IMG/VR virus record: IMGVR_UViG_3300043425_001539
Location: 174,476 to 238,475 of that record
Length of the DNA: 64,000 nucleotides
Strand: one strand, 5' to 3'
Below are positions 57,302-64,000 of this stretch, piece after piece. Position 1 is the first letter of the stretch, and each line of letters begins with the position of its first letter. Under the pieces are notes generated by a model. That model searched no databases. It worked only from the letters and a program-made list of their open reading frames with translations, and had not been told where the DNA came from. The position numbers were made by a program, and so were the translations under genes.

Positions 57302-57521
57302 AAATTCGTCTAATTGATGTTAAAGGTTTATACCCGCTATTCTCAACTTCTTCGCCAATCGGTTCATATCCTCTCCAGCTTTCTGATGCCCAAGTGTATC
57401 TTGGATTAATTGCTCTTCCAAATTTTAATAAACCATCATAATCAACGCCAGCCCAATTTACTTCTGATGGTTGATTATTAAAAACTTCTTGAGTTAATTC
57501 TTTTTGCCCTTGATATGCCAT
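57300..57521 (-). CDS. WAAVD-family paralog (single domain)
   Basis: P..VNWAGVDYDG. Confidence 0.55.
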   Translation of the reverse strand: MAYQGQKELTQEVFNNQPSEVNWAGVDYDGLLKFGRAINPRYTWASESWRGYEPIGEEVENSGYKPLTSIRRI

Positions 57522-57568
57522 GAACTTATTTTTTATACATGTCTTTTAATTGTGGATGATTTTACCAC

Positions 57569-57796
57569 TTAATATCCGTAATTTACTTTTATTGATAAGG
57601 ACTCATTCTTTGCAATTTCTCCAAAGCTTTTGGATAATTTATCAAATACTTGAATAGCTACATCAGTATCAAACTGACACATAATTTGTGAGCAAATATT
57701 TAAAAATTCCTCGGGTGTTAAAGTTTTTCCGTATGCAACCCAAGAATCTTCTATCGTAGAAGATATGAAATTTACTATTGAATCTTTATTTTCCAT
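57569..57796 (-). CDS. Hypothetical protein
   Basis: 75-aa ORF. Confidence 0.5.
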   Translation of the reverse strand: MENKDSIVNFISSTIEDSWVAYGKTLTPEEFLNICSQIMCQFDTDVAIQVFDKLSKSFGEIAKNESLSIKVNYGY

Positions 57797-58147
57797 ATTA
57801 AATTTTTTAATTAGTGTTATTCGATTGGATTAATGATATCTGCAATTTCGCACATAATTTCAATTGCTCTAATTTGTGCTTCGTCTCCTTGCGCAATACA
57901 TTCACTGTTACCGTATTCATCCAAATATTCTGATATCATTTTTAATATAGTTTCTTTTTGTTCTTTATTAAAAGTTATCATTGCATTTTATATTTCTTCG
58001 CTATAATGTTGAATAAATTTAACAATCCAAACATTTTCCAATTCGTAAATGCCACAAGTATTTAATGCATCATCCTTGGTGTCAAAATATTTTATTTCAT
58101 TGGATTCAGTTAAAAAAGGTTTTAAATCTGGAGTAACTATTATATAC

Positions 58148-58444
58148 TTATTTTTCATCTTTTATTGTGGTCACTTTAGCATTGTTTGCAATTTGTATGG
58201 CGCAAGCAATTTCACAACGGTTGTGATGTTTGATATACTTATATTGGCCATCATGGTCATCAGCCATATCTTTAATATCTTTTGATACAGCATAAACTGC
58301 TGCATTATTAAGACACTTTTCTATAGTCTGAATATAGTAATATTCATCAAGGCAATCTTTCTCTTTTTCAAAGATATCATCTGGAACTTCGAAAATTATA
58401 TGATCAAAATTAACGTCTAATTCTATCTCTATTTTGAATTTCAT
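58148..58444 (-). CDS. Hypothetical protein
   Basis: 98-aa ORF. Confidence 0.5.
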   Translation of the reverse strand: MKFKIEIELDVNFDHIIFEVPDDIFEKEKDCLDEYYYIQTIEKCLNNAAVYAVSKDIKDMADDHDGQYKYIKHHNRCEIACAIQIANNAKVTTIKDEK

Positions 58445-58493
58445 ATGAATAAATATTTATGATAAATAATTGATTTTGATTATTTTATAAGAA

Positions 58494-59171
58494 TTAAATT
58501 TCAAAATAATTTCCGTGGGATGTAAGTCCCAAATCAAAGCGTCCATCAGTTACACAAGATGCATTTGAAAAAATTGTTCTTAGTCCTGATGTTTTAAAAG
58601 TTCCAGCATTTAAAACATTTTTGCAATTATGTACATGCCCAAACATCATATATCTAGGAGCAATTTCAAATACACGTTTCCTAAGATGAGGGCAACCGCA
58701 TTGCTCAAATTTATTTTGACGATTCAGTGTTAAATCCAATATTTCCTTTGGAGGTCCGTGTGTAATTAAAATGTCTGTGTCATCAGGAATATGTTTCCAA
58801 TAATTAAAAATTGTGCTTCCTTTATTAAAGGCCCATCCATGCCCAAAAGAAGGGGTTATAGGGCTTCCAAATATTTTCAATCCTTCAAGTAAAACCCAAT
58901 CATTTTCAAGATATATTATACCTTTATCAATATATGGTTTTAAAAAAAGACTGTCTCTTTCAATTATTACGTCGTGGTTTCCCGCAACAAGAATTTTATA
59001 TTTAACGTTGAGGTCAACATACCAATTAAGAAAATCTTCGGCTTCCATTTTGCTTTCTAGAGTTTCTCTTGAATTTGTAAAGTCTCCAGAATGGATAATC
59101 ATATCCGTGTCATTTGCAATTGACAAATTCTTATGAAAGCCGTGGGTGTCGCTTATGTGCAATATTTTCAT
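58494..59171 (-). CDS. Calcineurin-like metallophosphoesterase
   Basis: SDTH, HSGD, GNHD, THGPP and FGHVH motifs. Confidence 0.9.
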   Translation of the reverse strand: MKILHISDTHGFHKNLSIANDTDMIIHSGDFTNSRETLESKMEAEDFLNWYVDLNVKYKILVAGNHDVIIERDSLFLKPYIDKGIIYLENDWVLLEGLKIFGSPITPSFGHGWAFNKGSTIFNYWKHIPDDTDILITHGPPKEILDLTLNRQNKFEQCGCPHLRKRVFEIAPRYMMFGHVHNCKNVLNAGTFKTSGLRTIFSNASCVTDGRFDLGLTSHGNYFEI

Positions 59172-59177
59172 TTTTAA

Positions 59178-59450
59178 TTATGCATTATTTTCGTTATACA
59201 CCTTAACAAAAGATTTGGCGTCGAAAACTTCGTCTCCATATAGTTTTACTACTTCATCTTCCAGATTAATACGTATTTCTCCGCCTTGGTAAGTCAAATC
59301 AAGAATGAGCGTATCATAATATTTACCAATAGCAGTTCCACCTACAATTTGTTTATCAACTTTTTTTGCCCATCTTGCTATTTGTTTAACTAAAGATTCA
59401 GCTCCTTTTTCTTTGGCAAATTTCAAAATGTTTGAAGGTACAGTACTCAT
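59178..59450 (-). CDS. Hypothetical protein
   Basis: 90-aa ORF. Confidence 0.55.
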   Translation of the reverse strand: MSTVPSNILKFAKEKGAESLVKQIARWAKKVDKQIVGGTAIGKYYDTLILDLTYQGGEIRINLEDEVVKLYGDEVFDAKSFVKVYNENNA

Positions 59451-59501
59451 AATGTTTAAAAAATTTAAGGTGAATAAAAAAATGAATAATTTATTTTTTT
59501 G

Positions 59502-59696
59502 TTATTTCTTGTTACAAGGGGTAACCAATTCAAAACCTACGCGTATTGCTTCAGATTCAGCCGCATCTAATGTTTTTAGTAGATCCTTCCAAATTTTAGA
59601 TCTTTGAGGATAGCGCATTAGACGAGGTTTTCCTATCAAAGTTTTAGAATTTTCCACATCAAGATTTTCTGTAAAGAATTGGTAATACCTTTTCAT
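59502..59696 (-). CDS. Hypothetical early protein (start MKRYYQ)
   Basis: Lies after a cassette. Confidence 0.55.
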   Translation of the reverse strand: MKRYYQFFTENLDVENSKTLIGKPRLMRYPQRSKIWKDLLKTLDAAESEAIRVGFELVTPCNKK

Positions 59697-59980
59697 AATT
59701 AGTTGTTTAATCAATTATAATACAAATATACAACCATTTCGCGAACTAAAAAAATTTTTGGGCAACTTTTTTTCTCAAAAAAGTGTTAAAATTTTCGAGG
59801 AAGGATTAAATCTTGTAAGAATTGGTAATACCTTTTCATAATTAGTTGTTTAATCAATTATAATACAAATATACAAACTTTTTGCGAACTAAAAAAATTT
59901 TTGGGTAACTTTTTTCTCTAAAAAGTGTTAAAATTTTCTAGCCCAAGAGAAAAAAGATAAGAGATAAGAGATAAGAGTTA
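59674..59980 (-). repeat. Tandem duplicated promoter cassette including the first 7 codons of the downstream gene
   Basis: aagaattggtaataccttttcataattagttgtttaatcaattataatacaaatatacaa occurs at about 59674 and 59817. Confidence 0.85.
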
Positions 59981-59987
59981 AAAAACA

Positions 59988-60311
59988 TTAATTTGTAACA
60001 GGTTCCCAATAGCGTTCTTTTATTATTCTGATTTTTGGGATAACTCGTTCAAGATTTGTTATATCTCTGCTATCATAACCATATTCTGTATCAAAAATAA
60101 AATTATTGGTTTGCCAAAAACCATAAAATTTGGAATCAAACTCTGGAAAGTATTTCTCATTAATCTCAATTACATATATTTGAAAAAAATTACTTCCTCT
60201 GCGGTGTTCATCATAAATACATTCAAATTCTCTTACTGATTCCGCAACTTTGTCAAAGTCAAATCCTATTTCTTTAGCTGTATCTCTGGATATCAAATTT
60301 ATTTTTTCCAT
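59988..60311 (-). CDS. Hypothetical protein
   Basis: 107-aa ORF. Confidence 0.55.
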   Translation of the reverse strand: MEKINLISRDTAKEIGFDFDKVAESVREFECIYDEHRRGSNFFQIYVIEINEKYFPEFDSKFYGFWQTNNFIFDTEYGYDSRDITNLERVIPKIRIIKERYWEPVTN

Positions 60312-60366
60312 ATTTATATTTTAATAATAGTTAAGGGCCTCCTTGTATCAAAGAGGCCCTGTAATT

Positions 60367-60603
60367 TTACTTTTCTTCTGCTGAAATTTCTTCAAAATCA
60401 AGGTCTATAACAGTTTCACAAAAAACAAAATGTGTAGTTGTCTTAAACACATGGTCAGCTTCAAGCCATTGTTTCCAAGCATTATATTTTTCTGCTATGA
60501 TTGTTCCATCTTTACGTAAAAATTGGTGAAGTGGCATTGTCCTTAATACTTGATATGCTTTTCCTCCATGTTTGACCAATTTAAAAAGTGTAATTTCTTC
60601 CAT
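60367..60603 (-). CDS. Hypothetical protein
   Basis: 78-aa ORF followed by an agggcctc/gaggccct hairpin. Confidence 0.55.
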   Translation of the reverse strand: MEEITLFKLVKHGGKAYQVLRTMPLHQFLRKDGTIIAEKYNAWKQWLEADHVFKTTTHFVFCETVIDLDFEEISAEEK

Positions 60604-60604
60604 T

Positions 60605-60835
60605 TTAATGCGCTCGCATACCTTTTAACAAATCTTGCATTTCCATAAATTCTGAAACTGTTAATTCATATCTTTTAAACCACTCAATAACCTTTGATTC
60701 CAAAATTGTTCCAGAATTTGAAAAATCTTCAATCCATTTTTTGCTTAAAGTAGAATAACCAACCCAATTTAAAAAGTGAGCAATCTGATCAACCTGATAA
60801 GTTACTTCTTCATTAACTTCGTTGTACATGTTCAT
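60605..60835 (-). CDS. Hypothetical protein
   Basis: 76-aa ORF. Confidence 0.5.
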   Translation of the reverse strand: MNMYNEVNEEVTYQVDQIAHFLNWVGYSTLSKKWIEDFSNSGTILESKVIEWFKRYELTVSEFMEMQDLLKGMRAH

Positions 60836-60883
60836 GGCATTTTAATTTTTAAATTTTATAATAGCATTTATTAAATTGTTTAG

Positions 60884-60965
60884 TACTCCGAACAGGACTT
60901 GAACCTGCACAGCTTAAAGCCAAGGGATTTTAAGTCCCTCATGTCTACCATTCCATCATCGGAGC
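60884..60965 (-). tRNA. tRNA-Leu(TAA)
   Basis: GCTCCGA/TCGGAGT acceptor; AGGGA-CTTAAAA-TCCCT; variable arm. Confidence 0.9.
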
Positions 60966-61191
60966 ATTTTGACCGTATTTTTATCTATATCGCCATTCGT
61001 AATTCCTTTCATTCCAAAAAGGAATTGGTGTAATAAAACCCGATTTGCCCTTAAACCAATTATAAATCATAGGATCAGATGTTCTAACTAACTCATCATT
61101 TAAAATATCCCATAAGACCATTAATTCACCGCTTGAATCAAATGACACAACAATTTTTTTATTTTTTGAAATTTTATATCTCATAAAAAAA

Positions 61192-61380
61192 TTATGTATT
61201 TTCTGTTTCACTCCCTAAATCATCAGGATAAAAAGATACTGTTTCACAATTTTCTTTTACCACGCCTTCACTGCTGCCATAAGCCAATGTAAATCCAATA
61301 TCTCTATAATTAGAAATTACAAATACATCAGCATCCTGATTATATTGCTTAAGCTCTTCTATTAAATCTCTTACTTTCAT
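61192..61380 (-). CDS. Small conserved phage protein
   Basis: MKV.DLIEELK.Y.QDA.V motif. Confidence 0.55.
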   Translation of the reverse strand: MKVRDLIEELKQYNQDADVFVISNYRDIGFTLAYGSSEGVVKENCETVSFYPDDLGSETENT

Positions 61381-61399
61381 ATTTTATTTTTTTATTTTG

Positions 61400-61521
61400 T
61401 AGCCAGGACAGGATTCGAACCTGCACGACGATTGAGAACTGATTAACCCTGCTAATAGTTAAGGAGATTCACCTTCCAGCAAAATCATCACAGCTGCGTC
61501 TACCAATTCCGCCACCTGACT
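61400..61521 (-). ncRNA. tRNA-like RNA with an elongated anticodon arm (possible intron)
   Basis: AGTCAGG/CCTGGCT acceptor; GGCGGAATTGGTAGACGC D-arm; GCAGG-TTCGAAT-CCTGT T-arm; 122 nt long. Confidence 0.7.
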
Positions 61522-61760
61522 ATTTTGATTAAAAAATACTTAAGTTCATTAACTATGATTAAGGTTTTTCCTTGATTGAAAGTTTAATCATATTTGACTT
61601 AAATTTTAACTTTAGGATTTCATCTTCTTTACTTTGAATATAAGAATCAAATTTACGAACCTCGTCTACAGCATTTTCTTTGTTGCCTTCATAAAGAACT
61701 TTGCCGTTTTCGTAACGAATGTTTTTTAATAAATGATCAACCTTCATAGCTTTAAAAAAT

Positions 61761-62111
61761 TTATTTAGCCCATTTACCTCGGCTAACTATTTGAGATATA
61801 ATGCCATAAACTGACAAGTCTTGAAATGTATCTTGAATGGATTCACCAACCTCATCTCGATAACTTAAAACCACCAATTGTTTGAGACGTTGCACCTTAT
61901 CATTAATTCTAAACCAAATTCCTGTTAATGAAAGTTTAACGTCATCATCTGTTTGAAGATTTGTCCCTACAGAAATATTAGTAGGTCCATAATTCATTTG
62001 TTTTTTACAAAACGTTTCATACATTTCCTCCTGAATTTTTTTAAATTCTTGAGTCATTTGTGGAAACTTTTCTTCACAATATTCAATTGCGGATTTATTA
62101 TTTTGCTCCAT
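61761..62111 (-). CDS. Nucleotide-modification-associated domain 1 (DUF1599/MazG-like helical) protein
   Basis: KK..NYG, R.NDK..RL and E...DT..DL..Y motifs. Confidence 0.7.
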   Translation of the reverse strand: MEQNNKSAIEYCEEKFPQMTQEFKKIQEEMYETFCKKQMNYGPTNISVGTNLQTDDDVKLSLTGIWFRINDKVQRLKQLVVLSYRDEVGESIQDTFQDLSVYGIISQIVSRGKWAK

Positions 62112-62128
62112 AGTATGTTTTTAAATTG

Positions 62129-62201
62129 TGGACTTGACAGGAATCGAACCTGTGACCGTCCGCTTAGAAGGCGGATGCTCTATCCCCTGAGCTACAAGTC
62201 C
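62129..62201 (-). tRNA. tRNA-Arg(TCT)
   Basis: GGACTTG/CAAGTCC acceptor; TCCGC-CTTCTAA-GCGGA anticodon arm. Confidence 0.92.
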
Positions 62202-62493
62202 AATGGAAATTATATTAAATTGAAATTTTTTATTGCATCATTAATATTAAAATGAACTCCTACTGTATCACCTAAATGTATCACTTTATAATAAACCATC
62301 TGATTGCCTAAGCCATCATTTTCTATAATCTCTACAACACAGTTTAATTTTTTCTGATTAGCTGTCATTAGATTAATTTCATGTTTGCCTGATATTTTTT
62401 CGACATTGAGTAAATATGTATTCATAACGTATATTATATACAGTTGGTTGTTAAAAATTTTTGTTAGAATATTAAATATTTGTTAATGAAATG

Positions 62494-62814
62494 TTAATTT
62501 TTAAAAAATTTTCTGCCAGCATCAGTTAGCCAAAAAATTTCTTCATCTTCTTCTTTTTTGTATGAATTAACAAGTCCTGTGTCTTTCATAGATAAGAGAT
62601 GACTATATATAATAATTTTTTGGAGTAATTCTGGCGCAGCATCTTCTTCTATAAAAGCTTCGCCTGTGTTAACCCATTGGTCCAATAATATTGGACCAAT
62701 GATAGTCTCAACAGCATTTCTTTGGTGGTTGATATTGTCGGTTAATTCTGTTTCATCTTCAAAAATAATTTGGCGCCAATCTTCTATTACTTCTTGTATT
62801 TTATTTGGGTACAT
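62494..62814 (-). CDS. Hypothetical protein with a winged-helix-like C-terminus
   Basis: G.V..FWLTDAGR. Confidence 0.5.
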   Translation of the reverse strand: MYPNKIQEVIEDWRQIIFEDETELTDNINHQRNAVETIIGPILLDQWVNTGEAFIEEDAAPELLQKIIIYSHLLSMKDTGLVNSYKKEEDEEIFWLTDAGRKFFKN

Positions 62815-62867
62815 TAAAAAAATTATTTTACCTGATTTATATAATTTATTTAAGAATTATAAAAATA

Positions 62868-63482
62868 TTACTTAATTTCAATTGTATAAATTTCACCTAC
62901 ATATCTACCAATCAACATAAACTTAATACCTGATGGCAGATACATTTTTCGCAATCTCCTAATAATACTCTTAATTGTTTTGCCATTCATTGTATTTGTG
63001 TCAGATGGGAATGATTCGGGCACAGTCCAAGCATCTAATTTAGAAGAGTAAGATAGGTCATTGCCGTCTTCTGTTTGCACCCACCAATAATGGTGTCGGT
63101 TTGATATTCCTTTATTTTTTAAAGGCCATTTTGTAAGTTTATCTTTAACTACTCGAATTTTTCTGTTGGTCTTGAAATTATCCGGAATTTTATTAAGATC
63201 AACTGTTTCCAAATAATTTCCACCGTAAACCTGTCGTAACCTATCAATAACAAACTGACAAGGACAAGTATCCCAAAGAAACCTGTCTTCCCAAGTAGCT
63301 GTATTAAGAACAGGCAATTCACTTACAAAATCCTGCTCATCCCATTCATAAATCGAATTAGCAACAGGAATCTTTAAAGTTTTTTTACCGTATTTAAACT
63401 CTATCGCTTTTCCTCTTGACCATTCTACTAACTCTTGATATTCTTTGTAATTAGAAGTGTATGTTTTGTCAATTCCAGCCAT
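62868..63482 (-). CDS. Hypothetical protein
   Basis: 204-aa ORF. Confidence 0.6.
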   Translation of the reverse strand: MAGIDKTYTSNYKEYQELVEWSRGKAIEFKYGKKTLKIPVANSIYEWDEQDFVSELPVLNTATWEDRFLWDTCPCQFVIDRLRQVYGGNYLETVDLNKIPDNFKTNRKIRVVKDKLTKWPLKNKGISNRHHYWWVQTEDGNDLSYSSKLDAWTVPESFPSDTNTMNGKTIKSIIRRLRKMYLPSGIKFMLIGRYVGEIYTIEIK

Positions 63483-63517
63483 AATTATTGTTTTAAAAGT
63501 TAGTTTATAGTTTATAC

Positions 63518-63706
63518 TTAATCACGTTGATCTCCTCTAGGATCACGTTGACCTTCTGTCCCAAAAAAATCATTTGACAATTGATTATCTAACATTTCAT
63601 TTAAATCATCACACATAGTCTGTTTATCATCAGAATCGCTATGTTCAAATAATTTTTTCATATTTTCTAATACTGTAATATAATTTTTAATAGTTACTAT
63701 TTTCAT
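63518..63706 (-). CDS. Small conserved phage protein
   Basis: FFGTEGQRDPRGDQRD C-terminus. Confidence 0.5.
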   Translation of the reverse strand: MKIVTIKNYITVLENMKKLFEHSDSDDKQTMCDDLNEMLDNQLSNDFFGTEGQRDPRGDQRD

Positions 63707-63708
63707 AG

Positions 63709-63999
63709 TTATTTATTTTTATTTTTGTTATACCAGTTAAGGAACAGCCAGATAGCTTGTACTACTGCTGCTTTCCTTCCTTTATTTTTAAAGTCAAAGT
63801 CTTGTACAATATGATGTTTATACATTGGATGTTTGTAATCATCCATTGGATTTGAAGTTAATTTTAAATGAAGTAGTGAATTATTGCTAGGGTTAAAATA
63901 AAATTCAACTATGGTTCTACTTATTGTAAAATCTCCTTTTAAAGTTATATTAAAAATAGTATTTGAGCTTAGCTCTTCCATTTTTTCTATCACCTTCAT
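63709..63999 (-). CDS. Hypothetical protein
   Basis: 96-aa ORF at the window edge. Confidence 0.45.
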   Translation of the reverse strand: MKVIEKMEELSSNTIFNITLKGDFTISRTIVEFYFNPSNNSLLHLKLTSNPMDDYKHPMYKHHIVQDFDFKNKGRKAAVVQAIWLFLNWYNKNKNK

Positions 64000-64000
64000 A

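Noticed and set aside
19103-59940. Dispersed 95-bp repeats as a CRISPR array or IS/MITE ends
   Set aside because: They are separated by whole genes, lack terminal inverted repeats and a nearby cas or transposase gene, and match a promoter architecture.
1-64000. Stop-codon reassignment, as seen in some large Bacteroidota phages
   Set aside because: Conserved genes (MCP, protease, ThyA, helicase) are full length under the standard code and no suppressor anticodon was seen.

Overview
A 64 kb segment of a large T4-like (gp23/gp21-type) phage genome, with almost all genes on the minus strand. The host is probably a member of Bacteroidota: the repeated early promoter has the TTTG-N19-TAnnTTTG architecture, leaders are A-rich without Shine-Dalgarno motifs, and there is an Hc1/histone-like gene. 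The left half (about 1-31 kb) holds late and virion genes: major capsid protein, a prohead protease-scaffold fusion, LamG and C1q/BclA-like proteins, glycosyltransferases, PolX, a DinG-like helicase and a DenV-like glycosylase. The right half is a hypervariable early region of small ORFs, paralog families, five canonical tRNAs, thyA, DHFR and a glucosaminidase. Main observations: (1) About 18 otherwise unrelated proteins share an N-terminal tag, MKx(I/L)KxF(E/D)xF(L/I)xE, which resembles the T4 capsid-targeting sequence and gp21 cleavage site. Tagged proteins include five DUF285 repeat proteins, an Acb1-like 2H phosphoesterase, two nucleotidyltransferases, a SET protein and a PAP2 phosphatase, suggesting a modular head-packaged, injected effector payload. 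(2) About 16 copies of a roughly 95-bp early-promoter cassette bracket paralogous genes and often supply the stop codon of the upstream gene. (3) Several tRNA-shaped RNAs have an expanded or replaced anticodon arm and lie in or near a cluster of structured ncRNAs. (4) A late-promoter motif inside the protease gene points to a nested scaffold gene. All family assignments come from motif recognition by eye; no database searches were run.
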